DNA of 64,000 nt, taken from positions 90,498,920 through 90,562,919 of the forward strand of contig JARFYF010000084.1 in NCBI GenBank assembly GCA_030265395.1. The letters run 5' to 3'. This document shows positions 39,430 through 52,430 of the stretch, in pieces. The stretch comes from Rhina ancylostomus (Eukaryota). The first letter of the stretch is position 1. Each line of letters begins with the position of its first letter. The position numbers and the translations under genes are program-made. The notes under the pieces were generated by a model that worked only from the letters and a program-made list of their open reading frames with translations, had not been told where the DNA came from and ran no database searches.

Positions 39430-41540
39430 CAGCAGAGGATTTAACTAAATCCTGGAGTCAGCGAGGGAGGTTGTAGATGGTCCTGGAGCATGTTGTTGGG
39501 CAGCTCGGCTGCACTGTTTTGTCATGAATGGCAGCAGTCTGTATGAACTTGCTGCCAGCCAAATGCAAGGACACTGAGGTAGTGTGCGTGTCATCACCAG
39601 GTCTCTTGTGATAGAGGTCATCAAGGTCATGCTCTGTGAAACCGTTGCCCCTCTTGTGTTGTGGGTGGAAGAGTAGCAGTAGGGAGCTGGAAGGAGTGGG
39701 TATGTGTGGGCACATCTCAGCAATCCCAGTAATCTGTTGGAGGACAGATCCCTGCACCGTGTGAAGCTGTCGCTGCCCCTTTGAGCACTGCAATCCCCTG
39801 GCATGGTAGCAGCAGTCTCAGCTACCACTACAGCACCCAGAATATCTTTGCTGTAATGAGGCCTGAGACTTTGGCCATCAATGGCTGCATCGTGGTTGGC
39901 CCACCGCTACCTTAACAGAGGAGAGAGCTGGACTAGACAGGATAGACAGAGGCCTGGGCAAAATTGGTGCCTGACTCCACTATGTGTTCTGAATTTGAAT
40001 GTAGGCTACACATGCCAGTGTGAAGAACTGTCAGCCACCTTCTAACTGCTGCCCCATCAAAGTGCTCAGCAGTGTACTCACAACAGCCTTGCCAGCTGAC
40101 CCCTAGCTGACTCAGGCCTGATTGCAATGCAGTCATGCCAGGTATTGCACAATACACTGATCCTGCTTTATGCTAGTCCTAAAGTTATGTGCCCTGAGCA
40201 CTCCCTGAGCTGGAGGCTATGACAGTGCACCTTCATCACCACTGTTGCTGTGGATTTCCTGCAGTGGTTCTCCAGGCTGCAGCTTGTGGGTATATGGCAA
40301 GAGGAGGGAGAAGTAAGATGTTTCACCGTCAGCAGCTCGTAGGTCACACAAGGTTGTGGAAGAGAAAGAAGTGGGAAGTGAAGGACTGCGTGTGAGAATG
40401 TCCTCGTCTTCAATGGATTCACCCCTACTGCTGGCCACCATCTCAGTGACAGCCCTTCTATTAATGACCCGCACTGTCTGTATGTTCTCACCCCCAGGCA
40501 GGGGCTCTTTCAGTGTCCTCTTAATTTCAGCTGTCTGTGGTTTTGCAGTATCTTCTCCTGTAAGAGAAGTTAGTGAGGGGCATACAGCAATGTATGTCAT
40601 GGTGAATAGCGAAGAATGTGGACAAGCTGTGAGCTGAGGATGCAAGTAGTGCTAAGTGTGTGAGAGTGGTGGCACTTATTAGCAATGCCTTGATGGATAG
40701 AGACATTTGTTGGATGAGTTCTGGGGATGTGGTGGAAGAGCAGTGTCTACTGCTGGTGGTATCTTTAGTCTTTGAAGGCATTTGAAGATCTTGGAAACCC
40801 CTATAAGCAGATGAATTCACCTCCCTTCCTTCCTTACCAACAATGCTTCCTCACCGCCAACTTTGAGGAAACAGGACATGTCTGTTTTCCACCATGACCT
40901 CCCATGCACTGTCAAAAAAAAGTTGCAAACTCTCCCCTGTTTTATCTCACTCCACAACACTATTCCATATGAGTTCACCAACTCCAGTAGTGAGTGTTTA
41001 CCTCCCTTGAAGAGACACAGGCTGTCTTTAAGCAATGCAGGCTAATTTTTAGATGCGGTAGCAAGAAAGATCTTGACCCCTTCCTCTCCAGCCTCTGTTG
41101 GAAGTAGCAAATGAACAGCACAGTTGGCAAGGGCTGCATTTTGTGATAATGAAGGATCAGCAAAATAATGGAGTATGGACGTACAACATTAAACAGTTTT
41201 GAGGTAACTGTGGCTTGTGATCCCACACCTGTTTTTTAAAGAGATCTTCAGTTCATCTCCTGTGGGACTCATGAAGACTTCGCATCTCAAACGCAATATG
41301 GTTGATAAATGCTGAAATCCACCATCTGAATTCTCTGCTCCCATTATAGCAGAAGCAGGTCCCATCAGAAGTCTGAGTGCTTCTGTGGAAGCTGAGACTG
41401 CTGCCAGCATGCCAGCAAGCTGCAGTGATTGAAGAGTGTCAAGGGTGACACTGCAGTCGAGTAATCTATCCTCTGAAAACCTAATAGGGTTTCTGAGACA
41501 CACTCATGGACTTCGGCCACATCCCACCCCTATCATAACA
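39430..41540 (-). mobile_element. Degenerate PIF/Harbinger-like transposon (transposase plus Myb/SANT remnants)
   Basis: On the minus strand, CLRNPIRFSED..CGITSHSYLKTV (41190-41503) resembles a Harbinger transposase N-terminus. FDSAWEVMVENRHVLFP (about 40866-40917) and EKILQNHRQ after an acceptor (about 40558) resemble Myb/SANT-like partner proteins. gggattgctgagatgtgc..cacaac (39655-39730) resembles GLLKMRF..HN. Confidence 0.45.
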
Positions 41541-43969
41541 CAGAGATTGAACTTGTTGTCCTCTTTTTACAGATTAAAATGGACAGGTGCTTTATATAAA
41601 TCTTATATGAACCTTTTTCCTCAGAAGCACATAATTAGGAATTGAAACAATACAAGTTAACAGCTATCACTGCATTATTGAATAGAAAGCAGCCAACAAA
41701 TTGTCGTCATTGTTATTCTGCAAAAATGGTTCAGATCAGGGTTTGGCCATTCCTGTTGGTTTATAGGTTGGGGAAAGTCTTGTGCTGTATTGTGCTGGGT
41801 TCAGCTTTCAGATATTAATTTGGACTTGGTTATGTCTCCAGTCGTAAGATATTTAATTACAAATTAGTCAAATCCCACATGAAGCTATTATTTCATTTAA
41901 TTTTTTATCAATTCCTACTCTTGTTCTTTGTATTTAATTACCTTTGATATATTTTCCAGTTCCATTAGAGTTCATGCTACTTGTCAATTAGTGTAAGCAG
42001 GGTTATGCAAACTAAATATAATCAAAACACAAAGGAATATGCTTATAACTGATTTCTTACTTTAACCTAATTACAAATTAAGACCATCATGATAAATTAG
42101 GAAATTGTGAGCACATTTGATATTTTAGTGTTAGCATCTAGGCTAAAGTGTCCCACTGAGGTGTGGAAAGACAGAGATTTGAAAGGTGCTGTGATTATTC
42201 TTCACGATGTTTCCCTAATGCAAGATGGCTAAGATTTAAAAGTTAACTTTCTAGAAATGCTACTAAACTAAACTACTGCAGACAATGAAAAACTGGAATA
42301 AAAATAGAGAATGCTGGAAATAGCAGATTTGGCAGGATCTGTGGTTAGGAAAAAGCAAGACATCTGTCATTTCTGATCAATGAAGTTAAATCAGAAATGG
42401 GATAAATTAAGAGAGAAAACAAGGTTGAAATTGTAAAGAAGCAGAGGAGGAGAGGACAAAAAGAATGGTCTATGATATGGTAAAGTACAGGAGATATTGA
42501 ACAACAAGGATGATGCAGAGGTGTTGCTGAACTCTGCTAATGAGCTGAGAAATGCAATGTGGATCTAACATGTTCAGTTCTTCTGGTTGGGAGTTAATTT
42601 CTGTGCAGTAATCTTAAAATTGAATCCAGTTGCCATACTCTACAAACTTGCACTGAAAAGATGACGGTGGCCTGCTGTTCTGTTCCTCAAATTATATAAA
42701 CGTCTTGAAAAATGATTGATGTGTAAAATCAGAAATCTTCCCTGTGGTGCATAATTATTGCAGCCCTTCAGCTACAGCTATTCTACCAAATTTTTCCAGT
42801 GCACGGTCTTGCTTTACTGATTTGAAAATGGAGTAGAAGCTTCTAGGTCGGATCTTTGCTTTGTATTGTGTTAGCTCTGTTCCACTGGGTGAATGACAGT
42901 CCCTGCATTATGCAGCAGAAAATTTTAGAAAGTTTGCAAGTTGTTGCTCAACTGCATTCTCTATAAACCCCACCATGATTGTACATGTACAATGAATCTC
43001 CATTAGTCAGCTTCAAATTAGGCTTACCAAGCAAATATCATCCATGTTTATTGTGACACTTGGATGTCATTCTTGGCTCAGTGTAGAACTCCTGATATCG
43101 ATTAAGAAAGTCATGGATTGAGGGCTGATTTTATTTGGATGAAAATGTGAGAAATCCTTCCCAACCAAACTCCATTTGTTTGTTTAACTTTTACCAATAG
43201 TTGAAGACCAAAAAGTTGGATTTGTTTGGAATAGAATTTCAGAATCTTCCACTCACCTGCCTGCAGTGCTCTTTTGAAAAGCTAACCACTGGGCTCTACT
43301 GCAATTATCACACATGCTTATATATTTTTCTTCTCAATTATTAACCATATACTTAGTTAAGAGATATTACAGAATTTGTTTTCACCATCTATCTGTTTTG
43401 GATACTCCATATCATAATAAACTGAAGAGGAAGTCTGTTAACCTCTTCATTCATTGCTTGAGTGGTGGTACCACCTCTGGTTCCTGACTAAGACAGTTTA
43501 TAAGTTCAGAAGTTCTCCATTACTTTCTCTCTTTTGGTGAAAGGCTGCCCTGGTTAATTGAAACTGCCCTCAATCCCAAGGTTTCTTCCCTCTCTTACCA
43601 TCTCACTGAATCTCCTCTTTACCTTCTCCACAACCTTCCCAGTATTAGGCAACCAAATATCAGTCAGTACAACCTACCTTCAGTATAATCACTGGTTTGC
43701 TCAGGATTATGAGGAAGTTATCCCATTGGTCTTGTACTCTAATGCATCTAGGATTGCATTTTTTTTATTCCACAGATTTACTACCTTAGCTTCCCCCTTT
43801 AGAAGGCTTGTGAATCTAACCTACTCCCCTACACCTGTTAGAAATGTTCTGTTTCATATATACTTCTTACAGCCACTCATAAGTGGTGTCACATTCCTAC
43901 TGTTAAGAAATGTCATTTGACGACTATTAATCTAACTTCCTCCTCCTAACAGTAAATGAACAGTAAATG

Positions 43970-44175
43970 CACATGCTGCAAATCTGAATGAAAAATAGAA
44001 AATGCTGGGAACGCAGCACGTCAGGCAGCATCTGTGGAAAGTGGAACAGAACAATGTTTCAGGTTGAAAAATTAACTTTCTGATGAAGGGTCTTCAGCCT
44101 GAAATGTTAATTCTGTTTCTCTTTCCACGCATGCTGCCTGACTTGCTGGGTGTTTCCTGATTTTTCTGTTTTTAC
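43970..44175. mobile_element. Penelope-like foldback element with inverted arms
   Basis: 43991-44068 and 44093-44173 are clear diverged reverse complements (gtcaggcagcat / atgctgcctgac; gtggaaag / ctttccac). Confidence 0.7.
44074..44115 (+). ncRNA. Minimal type I hammerhead ribozyme-like motif (Penelope-associated), probably degenerate
   Basis: CUGAUGA (44080-44086), AGG/CCU stem II, GAAA (44101), then UGUU. Stem III AUGU is likely a CpG-decayed ACGU palindrome, and stem I is weak. Confidence 0.55.
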
Positions 44176-47100
44176 ATTGTTTTCTCAAATTCATTTTCAG
44201 GCCTATCCATGCTTTCTGTTTTCATTTTGTCATTGTATCTTTTATAACTAAGCCCAGAGAATTTCTGTAAATTGATAGAATCAAAAATCTCACGGATGCC
44301 TGAAACAACCATTACATGCATTGTTCCTTTCTGATAAACATTCATTAACTGCTGATTTCTCTATTTTGCCCTTTAATCAGCTTCCTGTTTATGTTGCTGC
44401 CTCCTTCTTAAAATCTTCTTAATTTTATTAACTTGCATAAAGGTAAGACAATGCCCTTTGAGGGGGAAAAAACCTGTGTAACAACACACTTATCATCTCA
44501 CAAAATAATCCATTTACATTCATCAAGACCGGACTTGCCTTTTGCAAATCCTTGTTGGTTCTTTTCAATTGACTCATGATTTTCCAACCAAGTATCCACT
44601 TGTCCTTATAATAGCTTTTTAGAAACATAACCACTAATAGTGGTAAATTGACTGTCATTTATTATTTTCTATCTATCCCTTTCTCTGTTTTTGTACAAAA
44701 GCTTTATGATACTCTGATCTTCTAGGACAACTTTTATATTCAAGGATTTGAAAGATCCGAGATTAAAGATTTTAATATTTAACTTGATTTCCCTCAGAAT
44801 TGTAGCATACATGGTGGAAGTCTTTTCCATTTTTGAGTCACTCAGTTTCATCAGTACTACTTCCTTATTTTTAGTAATCTTTTGAAAATTAATTCACATG
44901 CTGTAGGTGTCATTGGTGGTAATGGAATGGATGTTTAAGGTGGTGGACAGGGTACATAATCAAATAGGCTGTTTTGTCCTGGATAGTCAGTTGAAGAACA
45001 TTCTATCACACTCTTTGGTTGTACATTTTGATGGTTGAAAGGCTTTGCTTCATCCTCTTCGTATACTTTCAGTCTGACCTGTTCAGTCTTATGCATAAAA
45101 TGTCATCTCAAATCAGCAATCCACCGATTCAAGGTTTTAACTTTTAACATTTGTCTTCCCACAAAATACTGAATCTGATTGTACTTTGCTTCTAAGCAAA
45201 ATTAAAACCATTGTATGTACACTTTTATTTTGATAATGTTGACAGTAGAATAACAATACTAGTTAAGCAATGAGCAATGCTTGTCAGGTAAACCAGTTCT
45301 TCATCTTTGTACATGGTCTAAGTACTTGGCTCCGAATCAACTCCCAAGCTGTACACTGAGGAATCACCTTATCTCGATCATGCAAATCATTACTTTTAAC
45401 CAAAATTATAAAGACACCTTCAATATTAGGAAGTATAAAACTGGACATCTCATTATTTTTGCTTTAACCTTGGAATATTCTTGGGTTCTTTCTTTTTTAT
45501 ATAATTTATATAATAAGAGAGAATAGATTCATACAGTGAGATCATATGACCCTATAAGCATAATGTATCCTCTGTTAAAATGCTGTCTTGGCTCAGTTGT
45601 TGAATGCTATTTCCTATATCAAGTTCAAGCACTTGAATCCTAAACTTGTGTCTTGTTCATCTGCCTAAATTCATTGCATTGTCTTTTTCTCCTAATTGTG
45701 AGCTGACCTTTACTATTGTTTTTACACCGGTACATTCAACATCATTCCAAACTTTCCTCTACAACATATGGTTTCAGTTCTCTGGAGAAATCTTCAACCG
45801 TGTTTTAGAATGATGCCATTGAAAACTAAGTTTTTTAATTTCAGGGTGAATTTGGATTTTGGTGCAAAATTTAGCTTCATGCTTCATAATGAGCTTCACA
45901 TTAAAATGTTGTAATGCAAAGAAACCCACTTCAATCAGGTACTGTCACACCCGGAAACTAGGAAAGGCAGTCCAAGGCAAGATTGTGTATAGGAAGTCTT
46001 CCTACCCCAGTGGTAAGCCATTAGTAAAAACTATTGATACTTTCCCATTAAGGTTAATGCTACCATGTTATCAAGTACCAGTTACATCATCAAGACTCAG
46101 TATCAGTATTTAAAGAAGCTTCTTCCCATATTGTCTTGTTGCCTGTCATTTAACTTAGTGGTTGTAAGGATTGGAACCTGAGACCAATTCTTACAGTTTT
46201 TTTTCCCCCATTTTTAACTGTTCCTCCTCCTTTTGATCTGGTTTTCTTTGGCCAGCTGGAGTTCAAATTCCACCCAAACTCTTCAGCAATCACGTAAGCT
46301 ATCCAGGAATCAAAGCCAAATATGAATCCATCTTGGGACTAAACGAACAATTGTGAAAAAACAGCTCAATTGTAATCATTGTTGTTTATTATTTGCTCTT
46401 GGTAAAGGATTACATAACATTAAAGAAGTTTGGTTTTATGTCAAGACCATAGTAATTGGATAAATTCAATTACATATACATTTCTGCACTTTGCATTCTG
46501 ATTCATTATTTATAGTAGAATCGATTATGAGCAGTCACAGAATGTGATCTAATAAATTCTAATACTCCAAATAGATGCCATGGTTCATTTGAGTTAATGC
46601 ATTCACTAAAATTTTAAGAAGCTTTTTACAACACCCTCAGTTGACTTCTTTAAGTCCTCAATTCAGATCTTGTGATTTGTCCATGATAAGCATTGATGCA
46701 ATGATGCATGATACCTTTCTGTCATATGATGCATTACACAAAATTAGTTTTGCAATCTGGAAGGCTCTCCTTGATTACATCATATTATTGGATGGAATTT
46801 CGTTTCAAGTACTTCAGAATGTCCCTAAGCTGCACTGTATTTTTTTATATGAATGTTCATATGTCTGCCCTTTTATACAATCCACTATGAAATTTAGNNN
46901 NNNNNNNNNNNNNNNTTTCTCTTGTTTATCAACTGCTTTTCTACTGAGCAACTGAATTCTCCATAAAGCCCATGTTCCATTTATGTTTTATTTGGGTATG
47001 TTGTTGTAATGTTTGTTCTCTGTTGTATGCACTAAGTATGCATTCTGGTATGTGTGTTATGAATACTGCTTATGAAATGCAATTCTGTTGGAAATTATTG

Positions 47101-47429
47101 GGGGAATTGTATTTCAGAAGCAGAATTCAGCACACATATGTCACTGGATCATCGTTTTGCATAAATGGAAGAAAATGAGTTTGTATTCTACTGTTCCAAC
47201 AGTTTTCCTGCAAATCAGCATAAAAACCCTTGCCTTTTCCTTGGCTCCCTTTCAGCTCTAGCGTCCTACCTCTCTCAACTTTGTCCACATTATTGATGCT
47301 GTAATGTTCATTGATCATCTAAACATATATCTTTCATTTAAGATGTAATATGATTCTTGATAAAGTGAGAGAGTGAAGTCAAGGACTTACAGAGCAGCTA
47401 GCCTAACATCTATGTTGGGAAATTACTGG

Positions 47430-48010
47430 AGTCCTTATAAATAAGTCTAGAGTGACTGAACACCTTGATCGGAAAGAAGCAGCAAGGATTTGCAAAGGTT
47501 GATGAATCTAATAGAATCTTTATTAAGGTGACTAAAGTAAGGGACAAGACAATATCTATGAAGGTTATAAATCTGGATGTACAGGCAACATTTAATTTAC
47601 CAGAATAAATAGACCCCAAGGGTTGAATTCCAGGGAGAGATTACACAAACTTGAGTTGTATCACCTGTAATGTAGAAGATTAAAGAATAACTTGATCAAT
47701 ATTTTCAGGATACCCTGGGAAACTGATAGGGTAAACATGAACTATCTAAGCCTGTTGGACAGTATAGGACCAGGGTCCTCATTTACAAATTAGAGCCAAG
47801 CCTTCCAGAAATGACATTAGGAAACTGTTGATGCTGGGTCAGTTGATAATTCAAAATCTGAGATTATTGCTTTTTGTTTTTAGTTAACAGAACATATGAA
47901 GGTATTTGAGGGAAAAGGTGGCTATTTGAAGAATAGTCACAGAGCAGCCGTGATCTCAAGAATGGTAGAGTGGGTTTGAGGGGTTCAATGACCTCCTCCT
48001 ATGTCTATGT
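47430..48010 (+). mobile_element. Old CR1 fragments
   Basis: aagcagcaaggatttgcaaagg (SQHGF-like region) and a 3' tail ending cctcctcctatgtctatgt. Confidence 0.5.
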
Positions 48011-49024
48011 TTCTTTACAAATGCTCATGTAGTGAGTCATTCTGTCTAACCCCTGCAGGACATTTAGAAGCAATCTCCTGTGTCATTTTTTTAAGCATTT
48101 GAATTCTAATTTTAATCTGACTCCTCAGATCTTATGAAATATTGGAAGATATATCCAGAGAAATAGGATATGCAAGCAGGAATAAAGGTTGCTGAAAAAC
48201 TTTCTTGTACATCCAACCAATTTCATCTCAGTTCTAACTACTTGAGAAATGAAAAATATTTTAACAGGCAATTGTTATGAGATATAATGTCACTTCAGAA
48301 TTTACCATCATAAAGATTAGAAAATGTTTCTGGTACACACCAGCGTTTGAACAACTGGTTCCTTCTCATAAATCATGGCAATCCAAGGCACCCAGTTGCA
48401 AAATTATGCCCATCCTATTGAACTGGCAGAATTCAGAGAAAAAAATAACTCCCTTTAGCTAGTGTATGGGATTAATGACTGTTGGATTTTTTTCATTGTT
48501 TTGAAGGTTAAATGTAGCTGTTAGTTTTACTGGAATCTCTGAGATAGCTTGGGGCTTTCCCCTAAGTTGCCTACAGAACTTAAGATCTGGCATGAGGCAG
48601 AAACCCAACGAGTGGGTTTACCTTTCCCCACATCAGCGACTCCCCCACCCACGTGTTCACCCTTGCTGGAACCAAGCTGCAGTTTTTCTCCCTGACCCAT
48701 ATGTCTTTAGGTGTGCTTTATTTCTGGGAACTAGAGTGACTCTGGAAGAAGTATCATGCCTAAAAATAGTTTCAATCAAGCAGACTGAAACTCTTTAAAG
48801 CAAGTGAACAAGCTACAAAGCAACTGGGAGAAAAAGCAAGATTTTTTCTGGCACTTGTATGTTACAGACTTGAGAAGTGTATTCATAACATGCGAGAAGC
48901 ATTTTTTGACAATGTTTTTACATTTTTTTTTACAAATAATATATTAAGTCATTCAGCCCATTGAGAGCATTGCTGCTTTAGCTGTGCATCAGTGTAGTGG
49001 ATTTGAATTCCTGTAGAATCAAGT

Positions 49025-49384
49025 AGGTACAATTCTCACTCCAGGGACCTAAGTACAAACATACAGTTTGACGCACAGTGGTGCACTATTGCTTTGGTTA
49101 AGAGATTCAATTGATACTTATACTCTCTAAGATAGATGTAAAAGATCCCATGGTACTGTTCAGTGAAGAGCTGCCAAATATATCCTTACCAATATTTATC
49201 CCTCTGCCAGCACATGAAAATGGATAATATAGTTGTTTTTTCACAGATTTTTGTGGAACCGTTTCGTATGAAAATAACTGCTGCATCTCCTAATTATAAT
49301 AATACACTTTGAAAGGTTTTGTAATGCTGTTAGTCCTTTGGAGAATATTGAGGTTGTGTAAAGTGTTATAATAAGTCTTTCTTT
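49025..49384 (+). mobile_element. DeuSINE (SacSINE1/AmnSINE1-related) element
   Basis: Deu-domain hallmark gatgtaaaagatcccatggtactgttcagtgaagagc..ccaatatttatccctc and a tail ending ataagtctttcttt. Confidence 0.65.
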
Positions 49385-49939
49385 AGAAATGACTAGATGA
49401 AGTTTTATTCACTAGCCATTGTGGTATTGCCTATTAGTGTGTAAGGTGCTGCCCATCAGTCTTTACACTTTCGCCCATCAGCTGTTTAATGGCATGGCTA
49501 ACCAGGTGTGTGGGTAACCTTGCTCACTACCTGCATTGTGTGGCTGCTCAGCAGTAGTTATAAGGTTGCCCACATGTTATTATAGTCAAGAGAAGGTGTT
49601 CATTGACTATCTGTATATAAAAATGGAAAATTGAGATAATTACATTTTTGTGAACTTGTACCTGAAGATATGAGCTGGGTAAATCCCAGAGCTCCCAAAA
49701 TTGACTGCCTGTGTAAAGAAAGAAAGCTTGAGCAGATTATACTGACAATAGGATCCTTAGATTTATCTTTCAAGTCAGTTCCAGGGTATGCAATATATCC
49801 CTAGCAATTAAGTACTGAAAGAATTGGAGATATCTCAAAACTCCATCTTATGCCCTGCATGTAGCTCCACACTATTTGCGAGTATCATCTTTCGCTGATG
49901 AGAGTGCTCTGGTAAAAATTTCAAACATTCTTATTGTGC

Positions 49940-50195
49940 TACCTAGGTGGGGTTTGCCCTTCATTCCCCTGAGTGCCCTGGTCCCTTCCCAGAATATATT
50001 GATTCATAGGTAAATTGGCTGTTATAAATCAGCCCGAATGCAGGTGGCTGGTGAGAGAATCAGGGTGGAGTTAATGGACCTGAGAAAAATAAGCTATGGT
50101 GAATTTAGTGGGGTGGGAGGGGAGTGGGATTAATAGGAATGTTCTGTGAGCCAGCATAGACTTGATGAGTGGAATGGCTACCTTGTTTGTCATAA
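49940..50195 (+). mobile_element. 5'-truncated HE1-like SINE
   Basis: aggtaaattggctgttataaat..gccagcatagacttgatg, homologous to the 3' half of the 13464 copy. Confidence 0.5.
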
Positions 50196-50309
50196 TAAAA
50201 TATGAAACTCCAGACAATTCACCATAATTCAAAATGCCCTTTCTTCTGATTTATCAAAGTTGCTTCATTCAATCTAACCTCAATCGCACATTTCTTGCCA
50301 GACTTGCCA

Positions 50310-50730
50310 CAGAGGAGGTGTAGTGAAGAGCACCAGACTAGTTCCTGGGATGGCAGTTTTACTGTATGATGAGACATTGAGATGATCTAATTGAAAATTC
50401 TTACAGGGCTCAACAGGGTCGATTCAGGGAGGATGTGTCCCCCGGCTAAGGAGTTTAGAGCCAGTGGCCGGTCTCAGAATAAATAGTAGACTGCTTAGGA
50501 CTGAAATTATGAAACATTTCTTCATTCAGAGGATGATGAAACTTTGCAATTCTCTACCCAAGAGGGCTGTGGAGCCTCGGTCTTTGCGTTCTTTCTGAAA
50601 AGACTTTGATGGATTTCTGGAAATTAAGGGAAACATGGGATATGGGAATAGCGTAGGAAAGTGGTACTGAAGTAGAAAATCAGCCATGATCATGATGAAT
50701 GAGAGCAGGCTCGAAGGGCCAGCAATTTGA
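50310..50730 (+). mobile_element. CR1 3' fragment
   Basis: caccagactagttcctgggatg..ttcttcattcagagg..aattctctacccaagagggctgtggag, homologous to the 60050-60330 segment. Confidence 0.7.
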
Positions 50731-52039
50731 CTGTTGTTTCCTAGTCGAGAAATTTAGTCTGTATGGCAGCAGTGCCAACTAGGTTTATAGAATCAAGTTA
50801 TTCCTTTTGCTGACATTTTTTATCTGTATTTTAATCTTGATTTTTGAAGAAAAAATCATCAGGTTTATTTCAGCCCATGCTTTCTTACAGAGTTTAAGTT
50901 TTTTTTAAAATTGATTTACTTGTACTTAGCACTGCTTCTGCAACTAGCCATGATAACTCAGTCATCATGTCCAAAGCTAATATATAAAGTTGTCTCAGTT
51001 CTGTTTGTTGCTGAAAATCATAATGCTGAAAGCAACATATGCATTGTTAATTGATGTCATGTAAAATTTGAGATTATCTTTCATTTTGTGAACCTTAGTA
51101 ACCAAACAAATATTTTTACCTGGATTTAGGTGGATCTTCAGCTGATAGGAAAAGTGGCAGGGTAGAGTTCTATTAGCTGTTTGTTGTGACTTTTGGCTAG
51201 AAGTGTTGGTTAGCTTTAATGTATTTCTGCCATGTTGTGCATTATAATTAGTTGTAAATGTTGGGAATGTTTCCATAAGCTGTGCTTCCTGTCCTTTGCC
51301 CCATTGCACTAGTGGTCACTCAGAATGGCTGGCATACGATAGAGCTTTTAAATCTGAGGGTCACAGGGAGGCTGATTCATCACTGCCAGATTCAAAATAT
51401 TGGGAAAGAAATCTTACTGCTCTAGAAGGGACGAGCCCAGTCTTGCTGTAGCTGTTCCCTTCAGGCTTCAAGCTACTCACTATATTTCATGCAGAACTAC
51501 AAGGGCAAAGAAACCTAAGTAAACATCAAATCCTAGTAGTTAATTAGATTAGCTCATAGAATTATTTCCACAGTGCTCACTATATAAGATACTTATTGCC
51601 TCCTGATCTGATAAGCCATTATATAAATACAAATATTTTAATTGCTAGTTATTAATAAATGGCTTGATCTTATTGTGCCCCACGGTAATGACTGAGACTA
51701 TCAGAATCCTTTTGTTGCGTGGGACAGCCAATTTTATATCTCTCAGTTTCTTCTCTGTGAATGAAAATTGTATTGTGTCTATAGTTAAGGATCAAAAATG
51801 ATAAATAAATAAAGAAGCCACGTCAGTGCCAATTAGTGATGAGCCGAGGCCATGAAAAATAATTCCAAAATACATGCTACTGCCATGACTGTTGTAGAAA
51901 TAGTTAAATCTCTGAATAATAACTTGATCATGTAATCAACCTTTGCTTGAAAGAAGCATTGAATTGTCAAGTAGGTAAAATTAGGCACTTTTTTTTCTCC
52001 ATCCTACTCCTGTATAATCTCAGATAATGGCTTAAGTAC

Positions 52040-52430
52040 AAAAACAGAATGTTCTGGAAACACTAGGGAAAAGAAACCATGTTAATGTCTCAGATTGAAG
52101 ACTGCTTGTCAAAATTTTCATTAGCAGATTGAGTATATGATTATCATGTAGTATCTGTGGATTGAAAAAGTAAGATAACAGGAAATTTCACATTGTTTCC
52201 TCAACCCCAGCGCCATAACCCCGACACAGTAAGGCAGGCATCATACTGGTGATATAACACGAACACTTCCTTTTAAATGTTATTTCAATGTAAGTCTATC
52301 CAGATATAACAGATACACTTGCAATGTTCTGTTCACATTGTGCTTGCATGGATGCTGATTGACTTGCTGAGGTTAAGTTGAATTTTCTATTTTTATGTTC
52401 CATTTCCAGAATCTGCAGGGTTTTTTTATT
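52040..52430. mobile_element. Penelope-like element with inverted arms
   Basis: Left arm aaaacagaatgttctggaaacact; right arm gatgctgattgacttgctgag..tttccagaatctgcag. Confidence 0.5.

Larger units (their letters stand above)
43260..44830 (-). mobile_element. Old CR1 remnants interrupted by the element at 43970-44175
   Basis: Pyrimidine-rich plus strand with CR1-like antisense phrases (aaaacctgtgtaacaacac, ccttttgcaaatcc). Very decayed. Confidence 0.4.
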
